The notes beneath the pieces are model-generated. The model had not been told where the DNA came from. It saw nothing but the letters and a program-made list of their open reading frames with translations, and did not search any database. Of a DNA stretch of 64,000 nucleotides, positions 1 through 9,700 are shown piece after piece. Location: the IMG/VR virus record IMGVR_UViG_3300027852_000041, one strand, 5' to 3'. The position numbers and the translations under genes were made by a program. Source of the stretch: a virus. The stretch's first letter is position 1; each line of letters begins with the position of its first letter.

Positions 1-590
1 GCTCCAACCTCTTTAGCTTTAATGCTGAAACAAAGGTCTTGTCCCATTGCAAACTCTGTCGCAACATAAAATTGTCCCAATCTGTTTTCCTCACAAATAA
101 TGTTGATGTCGGTGAACCAGGGAAATGCGAGTCGCTTAAAAATTTTGGCACTGCATAGGAAACCACACGTCCCGAAACCATCGGTTTGGAAAGGTTTCTT
201 TCGTACGCTAACTTTTTTTGGGTCTTCTGCATAAAAATCTCCGTTTTGCCATTTACAAACACTTGTTTTGCCCATATATTTTCCAGATTTAATTATTGCC
301 CATCCTGTTGCAATATTATTCTCAGGGTCCTGTTGAACAATTTTCCATAGTTCTATAAAAAATTCAGAAGGAAAAGCCTGGTCTGCATCAATCATCATAA
401 CAAAATCAAAATCATTATCAATAGCCAGCTTAACTATTGCGTTTCTGGCATCTACAACGTGTCTCGCCGCTACAAAATCGAATACATGAGGTAATGGCAC
501 CAGCATATTCCGCAGAGAAAGAGAAAAAGCCGATGGGTTATAAGGAATGCTCCAAGGAGTCCCTATAAAAACTTTAGGCAAATCACTCAT
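1..590 (-). CDS. GT-A fold (family-2-like) glycosyltransferase; C-terminal part lies beyond the window edge
   Basis: Own translation from ATG at 590..588 (MSDLPKVFIGTPWSIPYNP...DFDFVMMIDADQAFP...) stays open to position 1. It has a DxD-type motif IDAD. It is absent from the ORF track because there is no stop inside the window. Confidence 0.55.
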   Translation of the reverse strand, partial: MSDLPKVFIGTPWSIPYNPSAFSLSLRNMLVPLPHVFDFVAARHVVDARNAIVKLAIDNDFDFVMMIDADQAFPSEFFIELWKIVQQDPENNIATGWAIIKSGKYMGKTSVCKWQNGDFYAEDPKKVSVRKKPFQTDGFGTCGFLCSAKIFKRLAFPWFTDINIICEENRLGQFYVATEFAMGQDLCFSIKAKEVG

Positions 591-618
591 ATTCTTCAAA
601 GACAAGTTGTCCGGTATT

Positions 619-2427
619 TTAAGCTTTGTTTTGTAATCCTGCATATCTCTCCTTACACCACCAATAATTGTGTCCAACATAAGTATTTAGTTGTCTCGAA
701 GGAACCTTAACCCTATAATGAAGCTGGTCGCTTAACTCCTTCCCAGAATAAGGATTAACTTCTGAATCTCCTATATTTTTGTAATATCCACTATTTAGCC
801 CACCGCATACTTTCTTAATTGAGCATTCCAAACATTTTGGAGCAAAGATATTTGTTCTGTCGGAAAGCCATTTGGAATATTCAAGGTATGGCGAAAATTC
901 TTTAGGCAAAATGCTGTAATCCCACTCATAACCATCATGCATCACTTGAGGAATGTTACAAATATGTTTTTCATATCCTTTCAGCAGGCACATTGGGAAG
1001 TATCGTACATTAACCATAACGCCGGCAGAGGTTAAAATATCAATCGCTTCTTTCAGGTAAAAAGCAATTTGAGAATTTCTCCCCTGAAAATCCTGTTTAT
1101 CAAGATGAGACCATTCATTATAGGGGTTAAAATTAATAAAATTACTGATTAAGGGTTTAACCTTGGCAAAATACTTAGCCAACTCTATTAAATCTTCAAA
1201 ATTACTTGTTAAGACCGTATTAGTTCTGAATTTGAAATTATTACTGTTACATTTTTCTATGGCTTTATTAACTTTTGCGAAACCATTTTTTGTCTTTGTT
1301 ACTTTATTGTGGATATCTTCAGAACCATGAATAGAAAAAAGAATATCTTCAAGCCCGGCATCCCAAAATTCATCTAATTTTGGTTCTATTTTTTGCCCAT
1401 GTGTAATAACACAGGGGAATAATCCCAACTTTCTTGCTCCCCAAAGCCATTTAGCAAAATCAGGGATGATAGTTGGCTCCCCTCCACTAAAATCGCAGAA
1501 ACGATTTCCTCTCGCCACTCCATCAACCAGAACCCTTTCCATTTCTTCCCATGTTAAAAATCTCCTTTCCTTTTTTTCCATGTGAGAATAGTAGCAAAAC
1601 TCACAACTTAGGTCGCATATACGCCCAACATCTGCCTTGAATCGCCTTGTTGGAGGAAGCCGATACGTCCCATGCCATTCCATTTTATTGTTCAAGCAAA
1701 TATCTGCCCCCCTTACCTTCACGGTATTCATTATGGAAGAATACTCAGGTTTTTTGTCTTCGTTCCCTTCAGTCTCACGGTTGTAAACATATAATGGACG
1801 ATTTATAAAACTTATCTTTCTGGCTGTTTCCAACATTGGAAGAAACAAAGCTGAATCCCCGCAAGTTTGCCAATATTTGCCGGTAGAAGGGTCAACAAGA
1901 GTATCTGAAGACACGCTTTTAAACATTTCAGCCCTGAATGTTCTAAAATGAGAATACGCAATTTTAGCGTAACGTGCCGAGGTCGGGTCTTTTAATGGAC
2001 GGGAAACCCCCATTGTTACCATTGGTGTTCCATTCTTTTGCCCGTGATAAGTAACGTGCTGGCTATAAACCATATCAGCGGATGATTTTTTATAAGCAGT
2101 TACAATTTCCTGCAAAGCCTTCGTCCCCAAAAGCCAGTCATCACCATCAAGCCATGACACAATATCGTCATCTTCAAGATTTTCTATTTTTGATATCCCA
2201 TAAAGAAAGGAAGAAAGTGGAGAGCCTGAATTGCTATCCCGCCTATATGCTTCTACGCTTCCATTATGCCTCTGTATCTTCTCCCATGTCCTGTCAGTTG
2301 AAGCATCATCGACAATAATATGCCTCATGTTTATCCCATCGGTATCTTGGTCTTTGACAGACAAAATGCAGGCATTTATATACTTTGAAGCATTATATGT
2401 TGGTGAAACAATATGAAGTTTTTTCAT
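619..2427 (-). CDS. Fusion protein: N-terminal GT2 glycosyltransferase + C-terminal radical-SAM domain with a Cys-rich SPASM/twitch-like tail
   Basis: N-terminal part: HIVSPTYNASKY...IIVDDASTDRT and the DxD motif WLDGDDW. C-terminal part: CDLSCEFC (CxxxCxxC, nt 1594..1617), the SAM-binding FSGGEPT, and a C-terminal CLECSIKKVCGG. The start overlaps the upstream stop (TAATG). Confidence 0.8.
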   Translation of the reverse strand: MKKLHIVSPTYNASKYINACILSVKDQDTDGINMRHIIVDDASTDRTWEKIQRHNGSVEAYRRDSNSGSPLSSFLYGISKIENLEDDDIVSWLDGDDWLLGTKALQEIVTAYKKSSADMVYSQHVTYHGQKNGTPMVTMGVSRPLKDPTSARYAKIAYSHFRTFRAEMFKSVSSDTLVDPSTGKYWQTCGDSALFLPMLETARKISFINRPLYVYNRETEGNEDKKPEYSSIMNTVKVRGADICLNNKMEWHGTYRLPPTRRFKADVGRICDLSCEFCYYSHMEKKERRFLTWEEMERVLVDGVARGNRFCDFSGGEPTIIPDFAKWLWGARKLGLFPCVITHGQKIEPKLDEFWDAGLEDILFSIHGSEDIHNKVTKTKNGFAKVNKAIEKCNSNNFKFRTNTVLTSNFEDLIELAKYFAKVKPLISNFINFNPYNEWSHLDKQDFQGRNSQIAFYLKEAIDILTSAGVMVNVRYFPMCLLKGYEKHICNIPQVMHDGYEWDYSILPKEFSPYLEYSKWLSDRTNIFAPKCLECSIKKVCGGLNSGYYKNIGDSEVNPYSGKELSDQLHYRVKVPSRQLNTYVGHNYWWCKERYAGLQNKA

Positions 2428-3389
2428 TATTCTTCCATCACCGATTTAATTATAGAATCTAACTTTTTTAATTGTTTATTAATCTCATATTGTTCTACCA
2501 GCTTTTTCTTTTTCTTGCTTATCTGTTGTTTTTCTTCATTGCTTAACTTTTCAAACTGTCCAAGCAAATTAACAAAACTGTCTACTCCTGTAAAACTACA
2601 GTCCTTGCCGAACCTTTCTCTTGCCCCGCAAAAATCATGAATCAGCGGTATCAAGCCACTTCCCATGCTTTCTATTATAGAATTGCCAAAAGACTCAAAA
2701 AGAGAAGTAGAAAGATTGTATGATTTATCCTCAAACCAGGCAGGAAGATTTTTATTATCTACCCAGCCTTCAAAAAAAATGGTATCAGATAAATTCATTT
2801 TTTTTATCATATCAGATAAATATAGTTCATATCTGGGGTCTTGAAAACGACCAATAACATGAAATGTGTAATCCATGCCTTTTTTCTTGAGAGCATCTGC
2901 CAAATATAAAATCATCTGGGGATTTTTCTTATAATTAATCCAGCCAATCCATGCTATTTTATTGCCATACTTTTTTTTCTTCCACTTAAATAAATTGAAA
3001 TCAACCCCGTTCGGCAAAATATCCATCGAAGAAAGCGGTATTTTTGATTTTTCTTTTACCTGCTGCATTAATGTTTCTATTTCTTTACTTACGATTAAAA
3101 GCCTATCACAATTCAACCAATAAGTATTCAAAGGAACAGGCGTAAACAGTTCAAAAGAATGAAGCCTGCAAATTACCTTTGACTCTTTGGGATGTCGCAT
3201 TGCTTCCCGGAACATATCATCGCAAAATTCAAACCAGGTCAAATCATTTTTGCGCATCAAAATTCTTATTTGATCCTGGGGGATTAGTTCGTCAATGTAA
3301 AGAACTTCATGCTTCTTCCCAAGATGAGAAACCATGTGCCCATGATGAAAATCAAAAGTTTTGTATCTGTCAAAAATAACTATTTTCAT
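2427..3389 (-). CDS. GT-B fold glycosyltransferase (GT1/GT4-like)
   Basis: C-terminal motif ESFGNSIIESMGSGLIPLI matches the E-x-FG...E-(A/S)-M-x-x-G-x-P signature of GT4 enzymes. RBS GAGGAG lies upstream. Confidence 0.7.
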   Translation of the reverse strand: MKIVIFDRYKTFDFHHGHMVSHLGKKHEVLYIDELIPQDQIRILMRKNDLTWFEFCDDMFREAMRHPKESKVICRLHSFELFTPVPLNTYWLNCDRLLIVSKEIETLMQQVKEKSKIPLSSMDILPNGVDFNLFKWKKKKYGNKIAWIGWINYKKNPQMILYLADALKKKGMDYTFHVIGRFQDPRYELYLSDMIKKMNLSDTIFFEGWVDNKNLPAWFEDKSYNLSTSLFESFGNSIIESMGSGLIPLIHDFCGARERFGKDCSFTGVDSFVNLLGQFEKLSNEEKQQISKKKKKLVEQYEINKQLKKLDSIIKSVMEE

Positions 3390-3421
3390 GCATTCTCCTC
3401 TGTTAATGTTCCACGAGAAAC

Positions 3422-3472
3422 AAAAAAGGGGATTCCCAACATATTTTTATTTTACATTGAAAATCCCCTTTT
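3422..3472 (-). terminator. 11-bp perfect hairpin (AAAAGGGGATT / AATCCCCTTTT) with flanking T-runs on both strands
   Basis: Arms at 3424..3434 and 3462..3472. On the minus strand it is followed by TTTTTTG. It lies between the 198-aa late gene and the GT genes. The loop is large (27 nt), so confidence is moderate. Confidence 0.4.
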
Positions 3473-3529
3473 GTAAATATTTTCTCCTTTTTTTGATTTG
3501 GATAGAATTTTAACCCATTTTTCTCCTTC

Positions 3530-4126
3530 TTACATCCATAGTTTTACGTACCTCAAAACCACTTCCTGAATGATTAACTCACCCTCGGCATGATCGCCAC
3601 CACAGGTTAATTGTGTATGCACCCCGTAACCTGCCGTGAAAGTAGAAGCAGCAATAGTCACCGTGTCTTTGAATAAAAAAGTTTCGCTTATCCCGGTGGC
3701 CAGTGTTCTTTCGGAAGGGTCAGTAATCCCTGACGTGGTAGTGGCATCACCAATCGCGGCAGTAGAGGCGTTCGGGTTGACAGCGTTATAGGTACACTGC
3801 CAGTTAATTACGTTCCCTTTTGTCGCACTTGCTATCGTCTGGTAATAAACATCCAGATAAGACGCTCCCGTAGAGTCGAAATCATTGGGAAGTTTTACCA
3901 GAAAATCTAACTCATCACCAGTAGCAGGAGCAATCCCGCCCAAACCAGAAGAATTTGCTTCAGCCACGACACTTTTCGCGTTACCAGTTCCCAGCATCGA
4001 CCCAGCGCCGGCAGCATCTTTGGTACTGTACGACTGCATAATAGCCTGCCATGGTATCCGCAATTCTGCATACTTCGCAGTAGTGTCAGTTGGTTTTAAT
4101 TGTGAACTCCATCTTGTTACGGCCAT
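3530..4126 (-). CDS. Late (virion-associated?) beta-rich protein, unknown function
   Basis: 198 aa. RBS GGAGGT upstream. It is the last gene of the capsid operon and has Ser/Thr/Ala-rich stretches. Confidence 0.6.
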   Translation of the reverse strand: MAVTRWSSQLKPTDTTAKYAELRIPWQAIMQSYSTKDAAGAGSMLGTGNAKSVVAEANSSGLGGIAPATGDELDFLVKLPNDFDSTGASYLDVYYQTIASATKGNVINWQCTYNAVNPNASTAAIGDATTTSGITDPSERTLATGISETFLFKDTVTIAASTFTAGYGVHTQLTCGGDHAEGELIIQEVVLRYVKLWM

Positions 4127-4175
4127 AACTATTTACCTCCTTTTGGTATAAATGAGTTTGTGAACTCATTTTTAG

Positions 4176-4631
4176 TTACTGATCTGCTTTTCCACCATAT
4201 TTGGTGTCAACAAACATCCCATAAGCATGGTCGTTTGTCCCATCTAAATCTTCATCTGTGAACCCTTCAATCAAAAAAACAGGAGCGGTAGTCGTTTCAT
4301 CGTTGTCAATCCCGTCAGCCTCATTGGTAATGGTTGCCAATGCCACCACAGTATCTACTTGAATCTGCGCTGTAGTGTCCTCACATTTAGTAATAAAACG
4401 ATTCCCCTCTACTGTAGGGTAATACGGGCAGGTTGTTGAACTGTCCCCGGTCATTGCTTTAGCCGCAATCCCGAGAATATTTACATCGGTATCAATCGTA
4501 GCAACATAAAGGTAGCCTGCCGTAGAAACCAAAGGACTACCCTTTTTTATCGCCTCGCCAGTATATGGTGTTCCATACCTGATTTGATGATCCACTAATT
4601 GATAGGGTTCGAAAACTCTTTGTATCGCCAT
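4176..4631 (-). CDS. Head decoration-like protein (paralog of 4661..5137)
   Basis: Start moved to MAIQRVFEPY because GGAGGTAAACATG precedes it. It shares FEPY, KG..V, GY and ILG(I/V)AA blocks with the neighbouring 158-aa protein. The DUF2190-like pattern was recognised by eye only. Confidence 0.6.
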   Translation of the reverse strand: MAIQRVFEPYQLVDHQIRYGTPYTGEAIKKGSPLVSTAGYLYVATIDTDVNILGIAAKAMTGDSSTTCPYYPTVEGNRFITKCEDTTAQIQVDTVVALATITNEADGIDNDETTTAPVFLIEGFTDEDLDGTNDHAYGMFVDTKYGGKADQ

Positions 4632-4660
4632 GTTTACCTCCAATTAGTACTTTTTTTGAA

Positions 4661-5137
4661 TTACGCAGTCTGATCCCCGGCATTTTGATGCCTGGTGATT
4701 TTAAACAAAACCCTGCCATTAGTGCCAAGCTCATCCGAAGGATGCACGCCGGTTACAGTAATAACTGTTTCCGTGGTAGCATCTTCGTTCACCTCCATTA
4801 CCCCGGATGCCCCTTCAATATCACATTGTTTATGAACAAGAGCCTGGGCAGAATCTCCCGAACACTGTCCGGTAAAAACCGTATCTGGTGAATCATACAC
4901 AGGAACGTCCGCGTTTGAAGCCGTAGCAGCGGCAGCTCCGGCAACGCCTAAAAGGGAACCTACCGTTGCTGAAGCTGCTTTTATATACCCCGCGTTTCCA
5001 GGGTCTTTTCTTACAGCGTCACCTTTGGTAATTTTCGCGGCATCACTCGAAGAATGTTTATACCAGTGCATTGGGGCAGAACTGTCACCTTCATGGTTGT
5101 AAGGCTCAAAACCACAAGGGCTATCTAAATTTGCCAT
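4661..5137 (-). CDS. Head decoration-like protein (paralog of 4176..4631)
   Basis: 158 aa. RBS GGAGGTAAACATTATG. It contains GFEPY...ITKGDAV...GSLLGVAGAAA and sits directly downstream of the capsid gene. Confidence 0.6.
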   Translation of the reverse strand: MANLDSPCGFEPYNHEGDSSAPMHWYKHSSSDAAKITKGDAVRKDPGNAGYIKAASATVGSLLGVAGAAAATASNADVPVYDSPDTVFTGQCSGDSAQALVHKQCDIEGASGVMEVNEDATTETVITVTGVHPSDELGTNGRVLFKITRHQNAGDQTA

Positions 5138-5158
5138 AATGTTTACCTCCTTTTTTTG

Positions 5159-6103
5159 TTAATCTCCCGCGCTACCGTAAACACCAACATAGTCCGGCCA
5201 TCCGCAAGCGAATCTTTCGTAAATGAAATAAAGAAGATTATCGGACAAATCTTCCACCGTCATTTTTGTTCTTGGTTTTTCTCTCCACTGGAACTGAAGA
5301 GGGTATTCTTTCCCCATAGATGCTTTGTCCGCCAACAGATACCAAGCATCCGCATCAACATTCCCCAACCAATACGGCCAAATTATTGACTCGATTTCGG
5401 TTCTTTTTCTGAGAGCGTTAATAGCGTTTTCAGCATTTTCCGGGTATTTGTCGGAATCTAAAAGCTCAGTAGCTTTTTGCTGCAACTGATGGGGGGTTAA
5501 AAGAATTTTGGGCGAGATAGCCTTCGGCAACCCTGCATCGTTCTTGAAGGTATAAAAAGCATTCACCGCAGCCCAAAGACTTGTAGCGGTTAAATCCGCG
5601 TCGGTAGAAGGTTTATTCGATTGAGTATCCCCGTTTTTCATGGCGTGGGAAGTACTGAAAAGATACTCAGTGGCAGACCGATTCCCACTTTGCCAGGCAG
5701 GGAGCGAATCAAAACCTCCGGTAAAAACTGAAGAAGCGTAATATTGTATCGTGGCTTCAGCGGCTTCTCTCATTACCTGCGGAAAACGGGAAATAACACT
5801 GTATCTCTCATCCGCCTGCGCTTCATGAGTGATGGTCATATACACGCCATACGCAATACTCTCAAGGTCGGTGTAATACCCTTCCCCAGGTTCGACGGCA
5901 GAATAATTTGTACCTTCATCCTTTTTTGATAAAAGCGGAACACCCTCGATAGTCATAAATCTTTCATACTGGTACCCGAAAGAAGACACATTGAAAACCT
6001 GATTTATGACGGCGAAAGGATCTGCCTTTTTCCAGGGCGAGAACAAAATCTGGTCAAGCCCGGCTTTCATTAAATTTGCAACATTAGCTCTAATAACAGC
6101 CAT
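5159..6103 (-). CDS. Major capsid protein (HK97-fold candidate)
   Basis: 314 aa. Its position after the scaffold-like gene, its size and its composition are typical of a capsid protein. Strong RBS. Confidence 0.65.
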   Translation of the reverse strand: MAVIRANVANLMKAGLDQILFSPWKKADPFAVINQVFNVSSFGYQYERFMTIEGVPLLSKKDEGTNYSAVEPGEGYYTDLESIAYGVYMTITHEAQADERYSVISRFPQVMREAAEATIQYYASSVFTGGFDSLPAWQSGNRSATEYLFSTSHAMKNGDTQSNKPSTDADLTATSLWAAVNAFYTFKNDAGLPKAISPKILLTPHQLQQKATELLDSDKYPENAENAINALRKRTEIESIIWPYWLGNVDADAWYLLADKASMGKEYPLQFQWREKPRTKMTVEDLSDNLLYFIYERFACGWPDYVGVYGSAGD

Positions 6104-6109
6104 GATATT

Positions 6110-6655
6110 TTACCTCCTTATTGATTCTTTTCTTTTAATCATATCACTAAGCACTTCCTTAATTGTGCCTAGCCCGTTTGCGCTCATTAATTTTTTCATT
6201 CCCTCTATTTGCTGCGCCTGCGTTTCTAAAAACTGGGAATTTTTATGAGCTATTCTGGCCTTACGTTCAGCGTTATACATATCCAGCGGCTTTTCCATCA
6301 AGATGGCTTCAGGAATGCCTGTGGTAGTATCAACAGGGTTTCCTTCCATTAATGCCTTCCCCGCATTTCTGTCTACAACAACCCAGCCTTTTTTCTTTAA
6401 TTCTTCTACTCTCCTGGGTTCTCTCCTTACGTGCCTATATTTCTTATCCTTTTTGCCATCTACGTGGAAAAAATCCTTTTCCTGTGAATAGTCTGCCACA
6501 AATTCAGTTACCGGAGAATCATTCACCGAAGAATCAGTTTTTTCCTGAGAAATATTTGTTTCCATAGTTTTTTTCCCTTTATTTTGCATTCTTGTTTTTC
6601 GTGCTTTCTCCCTGACCTCCGGGTTGCTAAACCCCCTGGCTTTTTTCTCTTCCAT
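6110..6655 (-). CDS. Basic Lys/Arg-rich late protein, unknown
   Basis: 181 aa. It lies between the scaffold and capsid genes. RBS AAAGGA. Confidence 0.55.
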   Translation of the reverse strand: MEEKKARGFSNPEVREKARKTRMQNKGKKTMETNISQEKTDSSVNDSPVTEFVADYSQEKDFFHVDGKKDKKYRHVRREPRRVEELKKKGWVVVDRNAGKALMEGNPVDTTTGIPEAILMEKPLDMYNAERKARIAHKNSQFLETQAQQIEGMKKLMSANGLGTIKEVLSDMIKRKESIRR

Positions 6656-6659
6656 TTAG

Positions 6660-7553
6660 TTATCCTTTCAAAAAAGCATCAAGATTATTAGCAACTTCCT
6701 CCAATTCCTTTTCTCCGGTTATCCCTAACTTTGTCATAAACGCCTTGCCTTTGTCATCAAGCGTATTCCCGGTATTACCGGAATTATTAGCAGGGGCACC
6801 AGCACCTTCCGCTATTTGCCCGGACTTTTTGTTCAAGTCGGCTAAAGCGGCTTGCCTCCCTTCCTCAATATATTTATTTTTCAATTCCTGAAGAGAAACA
6901 TTTTTGTCCTGGGTGTTTTCCTCCGCTGTTTTTTGCTGCGAAGCTAACGCTGCCGAGGCTCTTTCTTTTTTCCCAAGATGCCGTTCCTTCGCCAGCAAAG
7001 CTCTCACAAACTCAGGGTTTGACATTGCCTGATAAACAATATTGTCGGGTACTTTAGAAATTTCATCCTGAAAATCATTATACCCCGGCAAATTTTGTGC
7101 TGTTTTCTTCTCCTTGTCATGGGCAATCATCATTTGCTTAATAAAAGGAGTAAGCGCCTTTAAAGGAGTCGAAATTAATTGTTCAGCCAACTCTGCTTCA
7201 ATTTCTTCTATGCCGGGTTGCTGAACATTGGCAGGCTGGTTTTGCGAAGGCTGAGCGGCATTGTTGTCCACGCCGCCATTCGTTTCATCAAACCAATTAC
7301 TTTCTCCTGCCCCATCATCCAAAGTCGAAGTATCTTTTTGAGATAATTCCTCAAGTTTTTTCTCCAACTTTTCTATTCTCAACACCTTTGCCTGCAAAGC
7401 TTCGTATGGGACTGTTTCCGGTATTTTTGCACCATCTTTATTCTCTGCTCCTTTCGTGGAAGACGGCTCCACGCCCTCTTTAACGTCCTGGTTTTCCAAG
7501 AACGGCGTCTCCTCGGAACTATTGTCTTTAACGCCCGTTTGTTCTTCTGCCAT
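6660..7553 (-). CDS. Scaffolding protein candidate
   Basis: 297 aa, acidic, coiled-coil-like (LEKKLEELSQK...). It sits between the portal and capsid genes. RBS AGGAGG. Confidence 0.5.
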   Translation of the reverse strand: MAEEQTGVKDNSSEETPFLENQDVKEGVEPSSTKGAENKDGAKIPETVPYEALQAKVLRIEKLEKKLEELSQKDTSTLDDGAGESNWFDETNGGVDNNAAQPSQNQPANVQQPGIEEIEAELAEQLISTPLKALTPFIKQMMIAHDKEKKTAQNLPGYNDFQDEISKVPDNIVYQAMSNPEFVRALLAKERHLGKKERASAALASQQKTAEENTQDKNVSLQELKNKYIEEGRQAALADLNKKSGQIAEGAGAPANNSGNTGNTLDDKGKAFMTKLGITGEKELEEVANNLDAFLKG

Positions 7554-7564
7554 AGTTAAACCTC

Positions 7565-7948
7565 CTAAAAATTAGGGTCTTTCGACCAGTGTTGCTTATG
7601 CTTTCTTTTTTTTCTCAACCACCTGACATCACTCATTACGGTATCATATAAATCCTTAATCTCCAGAATCCTTCCTCTGGCTTCCCTGTAGTCTCCCCAA
7701 TCGCTAATAATTTTTTTATCTGTCATTCCCTGAAGGCATAATTCCGCTTTTCTTACCTCTAATGTTTTTATGAAAAATTTTCCAAGGTCAGAATTGAAGA
7801 TAAAATCCTCTAATTTTAACGCTCGTTCTTCTCTCGCGGCTCTATCAAGTTTTCTTTGCAAGTCAGTCAAAGGCTTTTTTATCTTTGATGTTGCCGGCTT
7901 TTGCGTTACCCCACCTTTTTTTTCTTTCATGTCTTTCGCATCTGTCAC
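7565..7948 (-). CDS. Hypothetical late protein
   Basis: 127 aa. GTG start overlaps the portal stop (GTGA). RBS GGGAG. Confidence 0.5.
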   Translation of the reverse strand: MTDAKDMKEKKGGVTQKPATSKIKKPLTDLQRKLDRAAREERALKLEDFIFNSDLGKFFIKTLEVRKAELCLQGMTDKKIISDWGDYREARGRILEIKDLYDTVMSDVRWLRKKRKHKQHWSKDPNF

Positions 7949-9654
7949 GAAGCTTCTCCCTCATTTTGCTGTTTGCTGATTTCTCGCATTATCTCAACGG
8001 CGATGGGCTGTATTTCCTCCGGCAAAGCGGCAACTGGAATCATCGCCTCTCTTTTTTTTACAAAATCTGACGTTTCCTTAAAATCATACAAATTGTCCAT
8101 CATTTTTAAAACATTAGGAAGGTCAAACTGGTATGTGGGATCGTTCTGTAAAATATTGGCTATTTCCCTCAGAAGGTTAGGGAATTGCTGTTGCTTGCTA
8201 TATTTTGAATATTCAGTTTCTACCGCTGTAGCGGCAAAATTAAATTCAATATTTTTAAAAAATCCATCTTCCTTCCCGCGTTTCAGAATATTGAAAGTCT
8301 TTTCTGCCAAAGGCCGCAAAGTTAATCTGTCTGCCTGCTGTATAAATAAGGTAAAAACTTTTTCAGCGGCAGCCATCAAGCCTGTAAATTCTCCCAAAGT
8401 CTCTCTCTTGGATTGCCCTATGCCTACCGTTTCAGCCGTAGCCCTGCTTGTTTTTTCAATTTCTCTGTCAAGAATACTGTGCATATTCCCGAATGCCCCA
8501 AAATTTACTTCCGGGGTGTCAACAATTTTCACATCATCATGATTTTTTAGAAACCAGAGAGAATCCGGCTTACGGATTAAATCATCTTCCGTTAAGTCTG
8601 AGCGTTCCAATACCTGAACAATGTTTGTCAACGACCTTTTATGCTGGTCAAGAAACAAATCGTGATGTTCTTTTTGCTCCACAATAAGAGATTCTACCGC
8701 CTGCAAAGCTCCTTTCCCATAAAAAGAACCGGGAACTATCTGATAAATAGAGGCAATGAAAGGCTTATAATAATTTTTTTCTCCTTCCTCCTCTGTTTCA
8801 AAATAGTTGGTAGAAGGTTCGCATCTGATGATAGTTTCTATTTTGTCTCCATTAAGAACAGCAGTGATAACATATTCTTCCCACACCCTATTCTTAACTT
8901 CAAATTCACCCCACTGTTCTATCAAGTCATATACCGGGGTGCCTGTAGCATCGGCGTTTGCTTCGCTTCCATCACTTTCTTTTGTTATAAAAGCATCTTT
9001 TTGCAAAGTCTTCTTTTTTATTAGTTTGTCTAGGTCGAAATATACGTTTTCCATCCCAGCATAAAGATAACCTGCTTTTTCGGGGTTATCAATTACCGAA
9101 GGCGCCTTCAGCCTAGAAAGTTGAGATATGCTTTTTTGGAATAAATGATAGCAATAACGCATATCATCAATTCTCCCCGGTTTATTACAGGAAGGATCAG
9201 GACCAAAATTTTCAGCTGTTACAAATTCCGTAAAAGGATATAATCCTTTCGGATATATTTTGCAAAAAGATGTTCCTATGTTAGCTGCTTCTTTAAATAA
9301 TTCTACGGCGGTTAAATAAAAGTTTGATTTTCTATCGAGGATATGGGCAAATTCTTTTTGAAGTTTCAGGAGGTCCGTTTGTTCTATGTCCGGGTTTTTT
9401 ATGGTAATCCAGTCCGCAACAGAGAAAATCGCGGCCATTATTCTTGGAGCGATTGTCTCTATAATCTGGTCGCCCTTCGGCATTATCAGGTTAGATTCCC
9501 AATCATGCTCCCTGTCGTCTTGCTGGGAAAGGTACAATTTCCTGTATTTTTCCCAGTCCGTAGATTTTTGTTTTACAAAAGCACTGGAAGCATCAAAGTT
9601 TTCCTGAAGCTGCTTTTTTGCTCTTTCCAGAATTTTTGCAGTTGGTTTTTTCAT
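7945..9654 (-). CDS. Portal protein candidate
   Basis: 569 aa after moving the start to ATG 9654 (RBS GAGG 7 nt upstream). Size and position downstream of the terminase fit a portal. Confidence 0.65.
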   Translation of the reverse strand: MKKPTAKILERAKKQLQENFDASSAFVKQKSTDWEKYRKLYLSQQDDREHDWESNLIMPKGDQIIETIAPRIMAAIFSVADWITIKNPDIEQTDLLKLQKEFAHILDRKSNFYLTAVELFKEAANIGTSFCKIYPKGLYPFTEFVTAENFGPDPSCNKPGRIDDMRYCYHLFQKSISQLSRLKAPSVIDNPEKAGYLYAGMENVYFDLDKLIKKKTLQKDAFITKESDGSEANADATGTPVYDLIEQWGEFEVKNRVWEEYVITAVLNGDKIETIIRCEPSTNYFETEEEGEKNYYKPFIASIYQIVPGSFYGKGALQAVESLIVEQKEHHDLFLDQHKRSLTNIVQVLERSDLTEDDLIRKPDSLWFLKNHDDVKIVDTPEVNFGAFGNMHSILDREIEKTSRATAETVGIGQSKRETLGEFTGLMAAAEKVFTLFIQQADRLTLRPLAEKTFNILKRGKEDGFFKNIEFNFAATAVETEYSKYSKQQQFPNLLREIANILQNDPTYQFDLPNVLKMMDNLYDFKETSDFVKKREAMIPVAALPEEIQPIAVEIMREISKQQNEGEAS

Positions 9655-9700
9655 TTGTTGCCTCAAAATATTGGTAAAACTACTTCTAACCAATTAAGAA

